Shown: positions 10,517 to 19,770, numbered from the stretch's first letter. The stretch: DNA of 37,447 bases from Verrucomicrobiota bacterium (GCA_039800465.1 JBDLQQ010000386.1:1-37447), one strand, 5' to 3'. The notes: generated by a model from the letters alone, not told the origin. Made by a program: numbers and translations.

Positions 10517-11269
10517 TCATTTCCAGCGGCGGCTCTCCACGACGCGTTGGGTGAGGAACAGGAACAGGAAGGTCACCGTCACATGGAGGACGATGTGACG
10601 GGAGTCGAGGATCCCACGGGCGAAGTCGTCCATGTGCCGCAGCAGCGAGAGCTCATCCAGGAGCCGCGCCCACCGCCCATCGCCCATGTGGGTGGAGACG
10701 GGGCGGAGGCTGACGATCCACAGCCCGATGCCGAGGAGGAACGACACCATCGCGGCGATGATCTGGCTCCGGGTCAGCGAGGAGGCGAAACAGCCCATCG
10801 CCATGTAGACCGACCCGATCAGCATGACGCCGAGGAATGCCCCCGCCGTCGCCCCCGGATCCAGCAGCCCCGCCTCGCCGGTGACCTGCCTCAGGATCAG
10901 CAGCACCCCCAGCAGCGGCAGCCACACGAGCCCGAAGAACAGCATCGATCCCGTGTACTTCGCCAACACCACCTGCCAGTCGCCCACCGGGGTCGTCATC
11001 AGCGCCTCATAGGTCCCGGAGGACTTCTCCGCCGCGAAGGTCCGCATCGTGATCACCGGGGAGACCACGAGGAGGATCACCCAGAAATAGGCGCTCTGGT
11101 AGAACAGCTCGGTCACCGGCGAGTCGGTCGGCCGGTCCGACAGCTTCGTGACCATGTCGACGATGGAGATTCCCGTGAGGAGTGCGGTGGCCGCCATGAC
11201 CACCCACCCGGTGAGGGCGTTGAAGGCCCCCGCCAGTTCCCGTCGGACCAGTGCCATGAAGACCCTCAT
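10517..11269 (-). CDS. ABC-2 type transporter permease
   Basis: The start was trimmed to the internal ATG at 11269-11267 (MRVFMALVRRELAGAFNALTGWVVMA...). This ATG overlaps the ATPase stop as ATGA. The product is 250 aa with about six hydrophobic helices. The upstream part of the 445-aa ORF is Arg/Gly/Pro-rich shadow overlapping the ATPase gene. Confidence 0.8.
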   Translation of the reverse strand: MRVFMALVRRELAGAFNALTGWVVMAATALLTGISIVDMVTKLSDRPTDSPVTELFYQSAYFWVILLVVSPVITMRTFAAEKSSGTYEALMTTPVGDWQVVLAKYTGSMLFFGLVWLPLLGVLLILRQVTGEAGLLDPGATAGAFLGVMLIGSVYMAMGCFASSLTRSQIIAAMVSFLLGIGLWIVSLRPVSTHMGDGRWARLLDELSLLRHMDDFARGILDSRHIVLHVTVTFLFLFLTQRVVESRRWK

Positions 11270-12225
11270 GGATCCTCCCTCCGTCCGCGGGTCAGGTGCA
11301 CGAAGATGTCCTCCAGCGTGTGCCGGCTCCGGGTCAGCTCCCGCAGACGCCACCCGCGCTGGCCCACGAGGTCGAAGACCACGGGACGCAGGTCGACTCC
11401 CGGACGCGGGGTGAGAGCCACCCGATGGAATCCACCCTCCAACGGGCTGAGGTCGAGCCGCTCCAGGTCCGGAAGATCCCGGAACGCATCCCTCAGTTCC
11501 GATGCGGAGGCCGCCACCTCGGCCACGACCTGTCCATCGAGGCCCAGGTTGCGCTCGAGATTCGCCGGGGTGTCCACCGCGAGGATCTCGCCCCGGTTCA
11601 GGATCAGCACCCGCGAGCAGGTCATCTCCACCTCGCTCAGGATGTGGGTCGACAGCAACACGGTGTGGCGACGGCCCAGCTCCTGGATCAACGCCCGCAC
11701 GGAACGGATCTGATGCGGATCGAGCCCGATGGTGGGTTCGTCGAGGATGATCAGGTCGGGCTCGTGGATGAGCGCGTCGGCAAGACCCACCCGCTGGCGG
11801 TAGCCCTTCGAGAGCTGTCCGATGATCCGCTTCTGGACGTCGGTAAGCCCGCACTGCTGGAGCACCGTGTCCACACGCTCCCGGCTCCGTCCCCAGCCCA
11901 TGCCCTTCAGCCGGGCGCGGAACTTGAGGTATTCCCGCACCCGCATGTCGAGGTGGAGCGGGTTGTTCTCCGGCATGTAGCCGATCCGGCGTCGGACCTC
12001 GTCGGGCTCATGGAAGACGTCGTAGCCAGCGACCCGCGCCGTCCCGCTGGTGGCCGGCATGAATGCCGACAGGATGCGCATCGTGGTGGACTTGCCGGCC
12101 CCGTTGGGACCGAGGAAGCCCACGACCTCCCCACGCCCCACGGTGAACGAGATGCCGTTGACCGCGGTGCGTCCGGGATAGCGCTTGGTGAGCTCCCTCA
12201 CCTCGATCATTGGCGCGGCTTCCAT
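11266..12225 (-). CDS. ABC transporter ATP-binding protein (ABC-2 / GldA-like subfamily)
   Basis: Walker A is GPNGAGKST. The signature is LSKGYRQRVGLADAL and Walker B is LIILDEPTIGLD. The ~100-aa C-terminal domain is typical of ABC-2 ATPases. Confidence 0.95.
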   Translation of the reverse strand: MEAAPMIEVRELTKRYPGRTAVNGISFTVGRGEVVGFLGPNGAGKSTTMRILSAFMPATSGTARVAGYDVFHEPDEVRRRIGYMPENNPLHLDMRVREYLKFRARLKGMGWGRSRERVDTVLQQCGLTDVQKRIIGQLSKGYRQRVGLADALIHEPDLIILDEPTIGLDPHQIRSVRALIQELGRRHTVLLSTHILSEVEMTCSRVLILNRGEILAVDTPANLERNLGLDGQVVAEVAASASELRDAFRDLPDLERLDLSPLEGGFHRVALTPRPGVDLRPVVFDLVGQRGWRLRELTRSRHTLEDIFVHLTRGRREDP

Positions 12226-12309
12226 GACGTGCGGGCGAGCCTACGTGGACCGGGCGAGTGTCCAAGGAGAAGTTCAGAAACATCCCCCATCGTCCCGCGT
12301 CCACTCCGC

Positions 12310-13668
12310 TCAGCGCACCCCCACCTCCGCCTCACCCTCCGTCCGATAGACCACCAGGCCGCGCCGTTCCCCCCAGACCAGGCCCAGCTTCAGGGTCTCA
12401 CCCACCCCCTTGGCGAAGACCTGACGCGCGAAGGCAACGATCGAGTCGAGACGCTCCCCGTCGACAGCGGAGAGGAGCATGCCCACCCGGATGTCCGCCC
12501 GAGCGGCCGGACCGCCCTTCTCCACCGACTCCACCAGGAACCCTCCGGAGTCGGCCGCCTTCAACCGCAGTCCCAGCCGTTTCCAGAGGAGATCGTTGTT
12601 GAAGAACACCCGTTCATCGATGAGACGCAGCCGGAGCACCTTTCCCTCGCCCTTGCGGGACACCTTCAGCACGACATCACGGTCGGCCTTCGCCTGGACC
12701 AGGTCCCGGTTGAAGTCGATCAGGCTGTTCACGGCCTTGCCGTCGATCTGGAGGATGGAGTCACCCACCTTGAGTCCACCCTGGGCGGCGGGGCTCCGGG
12801 GCTGGACGGCCTCGACCACGAGCGGAGGTTTGAGCCCGCTCAACTGGGCCCCGAACCAGAAGCCCCCGACGGTCACGCCGCTGAGGGTCTCGGCCAGGGC
12901 GGCGCTGATCTGCTTCACCGGGATGGCGAACCCGATGCCCTGGCTGTAGGAGGGATTGAGCACGGCCACGTTGAGGCCGATCAGTTCTCCCCGGAGATTC
13001 ACCAGCGGTCCCCCGGAATTCCCCGGGTTGATCGAGGCATCCGTCTGCAGCCAGTCGGCGATGTCGAGCGACTCGCCCAGACCGACCTCGGAGGGCGCAC
13101 GACGCGACTTCGAGCTCAGGATCCCCCGGGAGACCGAGGCGCCCAGGTTGAAGGGGTTCCCGAGCGCGATGACGGTCTCGCCGAGCAGCAGATCGTCATC
13201 CCGGGCAAAGGGGACCGGACGGAACTTCCGGGGGATCTTGGGACGGAGCCTCAGGACGGCGACGTCCTTGGCCTTGGAGAGGACGACCCGCTCGGCCGGG
13301 ATGGGATCCTCCTCCTCGGCGAACTTCACCCAGATGTCGTCGGCATCCGCCACGACATGGGTGTTGGTGAGGACGTATCCATCCTCATTGACCACCACGC
13401 CCGATCCCCGGCTGTAGGTGGCCTCGGGCTTCCGCTGGTACCCATAGTACTGGCGCCAGAGCCGTTCATAGGGGTGCTCCCGCTCGACCCACGTCCGGGT
13501 GGCGATGTTGACCACGCTCGGCATCACCCGCTCGACGGCGACCACGGTCGCATCCCGGCGCGGATCGAGGGCCAACGCCGCGGGTTCGGCGCCAGCAACC
13601 GCCCCGATTCCATGGAAGAACACCCAGCACCGGAGGACCAGTGATTTGAGAAAGCCCGTTCTGTTCAT
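12310..13668 (-). CDS. HtrA/DegP-family periplasmic serine protease (S1C) with two PDZ domains
   Basis: The start was trimmed to ATG 13668-13666 (MNRTGFLKSLVLRCWVFFHGIGAVAGA, signal-like). The catalytic triad contexts are TNTHVV, DVAVLRL and GNSGGPLV. Two PDZ-like segments are present (LKVGDSILQIDG and IRVGMLLSAVDG). Confidence 0.92.
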   Translation of the reverse strand: MNRTGFLKSLVLRCWVFFHGIGAVAGAEPAALALDPRRDATVVAVERVMPSVVNIATRTWVEREHPYERLWRQYYGYQRKPEATYSRGSGVVVNEDGYVLTNTHVVADADDIWVKFAEEEDPIPAERVVLSKAKDVAVLRLRPKIPRKFRPVPFARDDDLLLGETVIALGNPFNLGASVSRGILSSKSRRAPSEVGLGESLDIADWLQTDASINPGNSGGPLVNLRGELIGLNVAVLNPSYSQGIGFAIPVKQISAALAETLSGVTVGGFWFGAQLSGLKPPLVVEAVQPRSPAAQGGLKVGDSILQIDGKAVNSLIDFNRDLVQAKADRDVVLKVSRKGEGKVLRLRLIDERVFFNNDLLWKRLGLRLKAADSGGFLVESVEKGGPAARADIRVGMLLSAVDGERLDSIVAFARQVFAKGVGETLKLGLVWGERRGLVVYRTEGEAEVGVR

Positions 13669-13983
13669 GAGGAGGTGCCCCAGTGGACGCAGGGTCCCAG
13701 GGACTCGTTCAACCGGATCAAACCCGGAACCGACCCGGGAGTTGCAACAGAAGTTTCCGGGTCCGACCCCAACCCCGGGAAAACCCTCCAGCCTGGGTCC
13801 GGGAAACCCCTCATCCAACCCCCTAAATTTGGTGTTCCGGGATCCTTGTCCGGAAAACCGACGGTTGGGCAAGGAAGAGGCGTGAAGACAACACCGACCA
13901 ACCCCACGGGGAACCCAACGCCTGAAGCCCCGATCCGGATCCCCGCAGCCGGATCCTCCAACACACCCCCGCCGGAACGCTGG

Positions 13984-15306
13984 ATGCAGCAGCTCTGGCG
14001 ACACCAGCGTCTGCGGCGCACAGGGCTCCGCCTCACCGACGAACGCCCCCTCCGTGTGCTCCATCCCGGATTCTGGAACCGCGAGGCCGGACCCGACTTC
14101 CGCCGGGCCATCGTGCAGATCGGCGACGCCCCACCGGTGACGGGTGACATCGAGGTGGATCGTCATCCCAGCGCCTGGTTCCAACACGGTCATGCCCGGA
14201 ATCCCGCCTACCGCGATGTCGTGCTCCATGTCGTCTGGAACACCGCACCCGTCCACCCCGAGCTGCCCACGCTGGCCCTCGAGCCCCATCTCGAAGGCCC
14301 TCTCCCCGAGCTGATCCCCTGGCTCGACACCGGCTCGCTCGTCGCAATCCCCCCCGGCACCCTCGGCCGCTGCTACCCCTCCCTCCAGGGATTGGCCACG
14401 GGACCGCTCACGGAACTCCTGACCGCGGCGGCACGGAGACGTCTCGACCAGAAGACACAGACCCACCGGATCCGCGCCCGCGTCACGAACTGGGATCAGG
14501 CCCTCTGGGAATCCCTCTTCACCGCCCTCGGATTCCAACACAACCGCTGGCCTCTCCAACGCCTCGCCGAGATCGTCACGGACGAGCCCTGTGGCGACCC
14601 ACGCCTCTGGGAGGCACGACTGTTCGGACTCTCTGGACTCCTCCCCGTCGACCCTCCGACCACCTTCGACGCGGCGCGCCTGTTCCGGGACCTCTGGGAC
14701 AACTGGTGGCGGGAACGGGCCCGGTGGTCCGACGACATCCTGCCCCGACTCGTCTGGCGCTTCGCCGGAATCCGACCCGCGAACCATCCCCAGCGTCGCC
14801 TCGCCCTCGCCAGCCGCTGGAGGGCGGACGCAGGCCTGCCGGACCGCCTCCGGGAATGGATGGAACGCTGCACCACCGGGGACATCCCGCCCGGTGTCCT
14901 GTTGCGACAGACCCTCGAGACCGGCCTTCCCAGGGATTCCTTCTGGAACCACCACTGGACCCTGCGGTCCGACGCCCGGACGACCCCCCTTCCTTGGCTG
15001 GGGGAATCCCGGACGACCGACATCGCCATGAACGCCGTCCTTCCCTGGCTCCGCGCCCAGGCCGAGACCACCGGCGATGCAGGGGCCCTGCGACGCGTCG
15101 AGACCCTCTACTTCCAGTGGCCCACAGGACAGGACAACGGCCGTCTCCGCCAGATCCGCCAGCGCCTCTTCTCCCTAACCCGCCCCCGTCTGCCCCAGAG
15201 CGCCGCGATCCAGCAGGGACTCCTCCACATCGCCCAGGAGTTCTGCGAACCCGGTGGCTCCCTCTGCGAGTCCTGCCGGTTCCCCGAACTCATCCCGCCT
15301 CCCTGA
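13984..15306 (+). CDS. DUF2851 family protein
   Basis: From ATG 13984 the product reads MQQLWRHQRLRRTGLRLTDERPLRVLHPGFWNREAGPDFRRAIVQIGDAPPVTGDIEVDRHPSAWFQHGHARNPAYRDVVLHVVWN. This fits the DUF2851 N-terminal pattern as I remember it (W..q.l....L.t..G..l.v...G..N...GPDF..A.i.i......G.vE.H...S.W..H.H..d..Y..V.LHVV). The ORF upstream of 13984 is Pro/Gly-rich and probably not translated. Confidence 0.75.
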   Translation: MQQLWRHQRLRRTGLRLTDERPLRVLHPGFWNREAGPDFRRAIVQIGDAPPVTGDIEVDRHPSAWFQHGHARNPAYRDVVLHVVWNTAPVHPELPTLALEPHLEGPLPELIPWLDTGSLVAIPPGTLGRCYPSLQGLATGPLTELLTAAARRRLDQKTQTHRIRARVTNWDQALWESLFTALGFQHNRWPLQRLAEIVTDEPCGDPRLWEARLFGLSGLLPVDPPTTFDAARLFRDLWDNWWRERARWSDDILPRLVWRFAGIRPANHPQRRLALASRWRADAGLPDRLREWMERCTTGDIPPGVLLRQTLETGLPRDSFWNHHWTLRSDARTTPLPWLGESRTTDIAMNAVLPWLRAQAETTGDAGALRRVETLYFQWPTGQDNGRLRQIRQRLFSLTRPRLPQSAAIQQGLLHIAQEFCEPGGSLCESCRFPELIPPP

Positions 15307-15342
15307 GAGACCCGCGGCCCCAAGACCTCCCGTCTCGGTTTC

Positions 15343-17157
15343 TCACCGCACGAATTCCGCGTGGAGCCCCGCGTAGACACCCCCCGCCGCCACCAGCTGG
15401 TCGTGGGTCCCCCGCTCCACGATGCGACCATGGTCCAGGACCAGGATCAGATCGGCATGCCGCACCGTGCTGAGTCGATGGGCGATCACGAAGCTGGTCC
15501 GGCGCTGGAACAGCGTGGACAACGCCTGCTGGATCACCCGTTCGATCCCGGGATCCACCGCGCTCGTCGCCTCGTCGAGGATCAGGATCCTGGGATCCGC
15601 GACCATCGCTCGGGTGATGGTGATGAGCTGGCGTTCCCCGGCGCTCAGGTTCCCACCCCGCTCCCGGACCTCGGTCGCATACCCCCCCGGCAGCCGCTCG
15701 ATGATCTCGTGGGTGCCCAGCCTCCGGGCCGCCTCGATCACCTCCGCATCGCTCGCCTCCGGTCGCCCGAACTTCAGGTTCTCCAGGACCGTCCCGGTGA
15801 ACAGGAAGCTCTCCTGGGTGACGATGCCGATCTGACGGTGCAACGACCCGAGCGTATGGAGCGCCGTGTCGTGTCCATCCACGAGGATGCGTCCGTCCTG
15901 GGGTTCGTAGAACCGGGCGAGAAGACTGATGATGCTGGTCTTGCCGGATCCCGTCGGCCCCACCAGGGCGACCATCCGTCCCGGCTGGACCTCGAAGTCG
16001 ATGCCATCGAGCACCCAGACCTCCTTCGGGGTGGTGTCGTACCGGAACCGCACCCGCTCGAAGACGACCCCGCCCTCCAACCGCTCCAGATCCACGGCCT
16101 GGGGGCGGTCCCGGACCTGCGGCTCGGTGTCCAGCAGGCCGAAGATCCGCTCCGCACTGGCCGCCGCCGAGAGCGCCGCATTGTAGAGGTCGCCCATGAT
16201 CTGGATCGGCCCGAAGAAGAGCCCGAGATACAGGACGAACGCCGCCAGCTGTCCGACGGTCAACACCCCCTCCATGACCCGCCAGCCGCCGTAGCCCAGC
16301 ACGACCGCGGTGGCCCCGCCCGCGAGGAGGTTCACGAACGGCATGTAGGTGTGGAACACCCGGGCCGAGGCCACCCACCGGTCGGTGAATTCACCCTGGA
16401 GATGCTCGAACCGACGGAGGTTCTCGTCCTCCCGGACGAAGGCCTGCACCACGCGGACGCCCGTGATGTTCTCCGCCATCGCAGCGGTGATCCGCGACTG
16501 CGTACCCCGGAGCCGTCGATGCGCCTCACGACCCCGGTGATGGAACCAGAGCGTCAGACCCACCAGCGGCGGCAGGACCACCCCGACCGCCAGGAAGAGG
16601 CGCAGGTCGTATCGGACCAGCACGATCACCACCCCGACCAGGGTGATCAGGCTCGACAGCGCCTGCGAGGCACCCCAGGTCAGGACCCGGTCCAGCGCAT
16701 CCACGTCCGAGTCCGCCCTCGCGATGATCCGACCCTGATGGGTGCGGTCGAAGTAGTTCAGCGAGAGACGCTGGATGTGCTCGAACACCGCGAGGCGGAG
16801 GTCGTTCATCGCCCCCTGCCCGATCGTGATCGAGGAGCGGACCTGCCAGACCGACAGGCCCCAGCCCACGAGGAGATTGATGAGGTAGATCGCACTGACC
16901 AGACCCACCCCGCGGAGCGCCGCTTCGGAGGACTCCCCTCCCGCGATCAGTGCCGGCTCCAGATACCGGTCGATCCCGACCTGGACCAGCTTCGGTCCGA
17001 GGAGGGTCGAGGCCGTCGCCAGCACCGTCAGGAACAGGTTCGCCATGAACAGCCGCCGATGGGGTCGGGTGTAGGCGAAGAGCCGTCGGAACACCGACCC
17101 CTTCATCGGGGCCTGTGCGAACTCCTCGTCCAGGGCGATGTCGTCGTGGGTGGCCAT
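15343..17157 (-). CDS. ABC exporter, fused permease/ATPase half-transporter (subunit with consensus Walker B and degenerate signature)
   Basis: 604 aa with a six-helix type-I exporter TMD. Walker A is GPTGSGKTS and Walker B is ILILDEATSAVD. The signature is degenerate (LSAGERQLITITRAM). The ATG shares one nucleotide with the upstream stop (TGATG at 17155-17159). Confidence 0.92.
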   Translation of the reverse strand: MATHDDIALDEEFAQAPMKGSVFRRLFAYTRPHRRLFMANLFLTVLATASTLLGPKLVQVGIDRYLEPALIAGGESSEAALRGVGLVSAIYLINLLVGWGLSVWQVRSSITIGQGAMNDLRLAVFEHIQRLSLNYFDRTHQGRIIARADSDVDALDRVLTWGASQALSSLITLVGVVIVLVRYDLRLFLAVGVVLPPLVGLTLWFHHRGREAHRRLRGTQSRITAAMAENITGVRVVQAFVREDENLRRFEHLQGEFTDRWVASARVFHTYMPFVNLLAGGATAVVLGYGGWRVMEGVLTVGQLAAFVLYLGLFFGPIQIMGDLYNAALSAAASAERIFGLLDTEPQVRDRPQAVDLERLEGGVVFERVRFRYDTTPKEVWVLDGIDFEVQPGRMVALVGPTGSGKTSIISLLARFYEPQDGRILVDGHDTALHTLGSLHRQIGIVTQESFLFTGTVLENLKFGRPEASDAEVIEAARRLGTHEIIERLPGGYATEVRERGGNLSAGERQLITITRAMVADPRILILDEATSAVDPGIERVIQQALSTLFQRRTSFVIAHRLSTVRHADLILVLDHGRIVERGTHDQLVAAGGVYAGLHAEFVR

Positions 17158-19037
17158 CAGTGCCCCTCCTCCCCGGTCTGACCGCCGAACAGGGAGCGGT
17201 AGAGTTCATGGGTGCGCAGGAGAACCTCATGCGTGCCCAGCCCCACGACCCGGCCACGGTCGAGCACCACGATGCGGTCGGCCCGGCGGACCGTGGCGAG
17301 GCGATGGGCGACGACCAGGGTTGTGCGTCCGCGGCACAGCTCGCCGAGGGCGTCCTGGATCTCGTGCTCCGTGCGGGGATCGACCGCGCTGGTGGCATCG
17401 TCCAGCAGCACGATCGTGGGATCCACCAGGAGTGCCCGCGCGATGGCCAGCCGCTGGCGCTGCCCTCCGCTCAAGGACACCCCGCGCTCGCCGATCACCG
17501 TGTCATAGCCCTCGGCGAGTTCGCGGATGAACCCGTCGGCACGGGCGGCTCGGGCGGCACGTTCAACCTCCTCACGCGTCGCCTGCGGACGTCCGAACGC
17601 GATGTTGTCGGCGACCGACGCGCTGAACAGGAAGGTCTCCTGGAAGACGATCGCCACGCTTCGCCTCAGCCATGCCGGATCGAATTCCCGGACATCCACG
17701 CCATCGATGAGGAGCCGCCCCCGGCTGGGTGTGTGGAACCCCGGCACGAGGGAGAGGAGCGTCGTCTTGCCCGCGCCCGTGGGGCCGACGATTGCCACCG
17801 TCTCACCCGGCCCGACCTCGAACGACACGGCCTCCAGCGCCATGACCTGTCCCCGGGGACTCTCCGGTCGACCTGGGGGCGGCGCCGCCGGTTTCTCGGA
17901 TTCCACCCGCAGCGAAGGGTTGGAGGTGTAGTCGAATCCCACCTCCTCGAGACGGATCGCGCCCCGGAGGGGCCCCGACCCGGAAGGTCGGCCGGAATCA
18001 GCAGCACGTCCGTCCTGCAGGATCTCGCAGATCCGTTGGGCGGCGGAGCTCGCATTCTGGAGGATGTTGGTGATCTGCCCGATGATCCCGATGCGTCCGC
18101 CCAGTCCGAGGAGGTAGAAGACCACCTTCACCAGGTCCCCGAGTGGGATCTCACCGCGGACCACCTGCTGCCCCCCCACCCAGAGCACGAGCGGCAGGCC
18201 GAGTCCGAACAGGAACTGGGCGAACGGCACCCGGGCCGCCCAGTAGTTCACCGTCTCCGCCACCTCCCGGAGGAACTCCTCCCGCCTGCCCCGGAACTTC
18301 TCGATCTCGGCCGACTCCCGGGCGAATGCCTTCACCACCCGGACCCCGGCGATGTTCTCCTGGATCACCGTGCTCATCGCCCCGTGGCGATCGTGGACCC
18401 GTCGCCATCGCGGCTGGAGACGGACCGCGAAGTATCCCATCGCCAGCACCGTCGGAAGCATGGAACCCAGGGCGATCCATCCGAGGGGCATGCTGACCAG
18501 GAAGACCAGGACCAGGGTCCCGGCAAGTCCAGCGATGACATCGACGCTGAACAGGAGACAGACGAAGAGGAGTTCCTGGAGACGACCGACATCGGTCACC
18601 GCCCTTGAGATCAGTTCGCCGGTCCGGGCGTTGTCATGCCAGGCGAAGCTCTTCCGTTGGAGGCTGTCGTAGACCGCAGCCCGGAGGTCCCCGAGCGTCG
18701 TGATCGCGGTGCGGTTGCGGATGGGACCCAGGACGAGACCAACGAGGGTCCGGAGGAGGACCAGGCCCGAGAAGAGCGCCACCGACCAGGCCAGCGGGAA
18801 TTCCCGTGCGGCGGTGGGATCCTGAAGCCGGGTGATGGCATTCCCGAGGAACTGGGGGAGAGCGAGCTCGATGCCGATGTTGACCAGCAGCAGCGAGATC
18901 GACAGCGCCACCCAGCCCGGACGGCGACCGAGAAAGGTGAGGACCGTCCAGAGCGCCCGGGGCGCACTGGGAACATCCGGGGAGGTCGCTGGGGGCTGTG
19001 GAGGCATCAAGACGTCGTGCAGTCCCGTGGTCTCCAC
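17157..19037 (-). CDS. ABC exporter, fused permease/ATPase half-transporter (subunit with degenerate Walker B and consensus signature)
   Basis: 626 aa. Walker A is GPTGAGKTT and the signature is LSGGQRQRLAIARAL. Walker B is IVLLDDATSAVD, with Asp in place of the catalytic Glu. There is a Pro-rich insert (NPSLRVESEKPAAPPPGRPESPRGQV) near the start of the NBD. Confidence 0.92.
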   Translation of the reverse strand: METTGLHDVLMPPQPPATSPDVPSAPRALWTVLTFLGRRPGWVALSISLLLVNIGIELALPQFLGNAITRLQDPTAAREFPLAWSVALFSGLVLLRTLVGLVLGPIRNRTAITTLGDLRAAVYDSLQRKSFAWHDNARTGELISRAVTDVGRLQELLFVCLLFSVDVIAGLAGTLVLVFLVSMPLGWIALGSMLPTVLAMGYFAVRLQPRWRRVHDRHGAMSTVIQENIAGVRVVKAFARESAEIEKFRGRREEFLREVAETVNYWAARVPFAQFLFGLGLPLVLWVGGQQVVRGEIPLGDLVKVVFYLLGLGGRIGIIGQITNILQNASSAAQRICEILQDGRAADSGRPSGSGPLRGAIRLEEVGFDYTSNPSLRVESEKPAAPPPGRPESPRGQVMALEAVSFEVGPGETVAIVGPTGAGKTTLLSLVPGFHTPSRGRLLIDGVDVREFDPAWLRRSVAIVFQETFLFSASVADNIAFGRPQATREEVERAARAARADGFIRELAEGYDTVIGERGVSLSGGQRQRLAIARALLVDPTIVLLDDATSAVDPRTEHEIQDALGELCRGRTTLVVAHRLATVRRADRIVVLDRGRVVGLGTHEVLLRTHELYRSLFGGQTGEEGH

Positions 19038-19317
19038 GGACGAAGGAGACTGAACCTGTCATCCGCCCCGATCCCGGCAAGCGGAAGTCACGCGACAGCG
19101 GAAGGCAGCCCGTCATCGCCTGCCCGCAGAGGTCTCCCTGACGGTCCAGACCAAGGCTATCGACCAGGTCCTCTGTTGACTCTCCAATGCGGCGTCGAAG
19201 CCTCTTGATCCGACAGGCCCACAAGAACGTCCGCGTTTTGAAGACCCAACACCCGGGTTGCCACACCGGTATGGGACTAGGAGCCTGACTCTCGGGTTGG
19301 GAAGGGTCCAACCCCAC

Positions 19318-19770
19318 ATGAACGCCATCCTGAACAGCCTCTTCAGCGCCTCCCTCTTCCAGCGGCCGCCAGGAATCACCAACGCCTGGCAGACCATTGG
19401 CTGGTGGGAAACTCGTCGGGTTCCCTTCAACCTGATCGTCGGGATCGTGGGAATCATGACCATCGCCACGGGCACCCTGGCCATGAGCGTCACAAACGCC
19501 TACCTAGAGACGCCCATCCACCGCCCCGATCCACCGCTCTTCTTCTTCGTGCTGGCCTACGCCGTCGTGGTGAACCTCTTCTACACCGGCGGCTGGGTGG
19601 TCGAACTGGTCTGGCGCCAACTCTGGCCCACCACGGAAGACGCACTGCCCGCGCTCGCGTTCCGGCTCGGACTCGTGCTCTCGATCCTGGTGACCACGCT
19701 GCCCGCCGTCCTGGCCACGGCCTTTGCGGTCCACGCCATCCTGACGCGGAGGCCGCTGATCTCTCCGTGA
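19318..19770 (+). CDS. Hypothetical integral membrane protein
   Basis: The 150-aa product from ATG 19318 has 3-4 hydrophobic helices (FNLIVGIVGIMTIATGTLAM, LFFFVLAYAVVVNLFY, LGLVLSILVTTLPAVLATAFAV). I recognise no family. An earlier ATG at 19258 is possible. Confidence 0.5.
   Translation: MNAILNSLFSASLFQRPPGITNAWQTIGWWETRRVPFNLIVGIVGIMTIATGTLAMSVTNAYLETPIHRPDPPLFFFVLAYAVVVNLFYTGGWVVELVWRQLWPTTEDALPALAFRLGLVLSILVTTLPAVLATAFAVHAILTRRPLISP

Noticed and set aside
10517-11854. The full 445-aa ORF taken as the permease.
   Set aside because: The first 195 codons overlap the ATPase gene in another frame and are Arg/Gly/Pro-rich. The ATG at 11269 forms an ATGA overlap with the ATPase stop and gives a typical 250-aa ABC-2 permease.
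11296-13644. 782-aa plus-strand ORF spanning the ABC ATPase and HtrA genes.
   Set aside because: It is antisense to two genes with unambiguous catalytic motifs (Walker A/B and the Ser protease triad). It has a low-complexity Arg/Pro/Gly/Asp composition, and it crosses an intergenic gap.
13669-14955. The N-terminal 429 residues of the 881-aa ORF, which would make a giant HtrA.
   Set aside because: The extension overlaps the DUF2851 gene on the other strand, has Gly/Arg/Pro/Glu-rich composition and has no domains. An internal ATG (13668) sits directly before a signal-peptide-like sequence, giving a normal-size HtrA.
15361-18608. 606-aa and 497-aa plus-strand ORFs opposite the ABC exporter pair.
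   Set aside because: Both are antisense shadows of genes with clear ABC motifs. Their composition is dominated by Arg, Pro, Asp and Gly.
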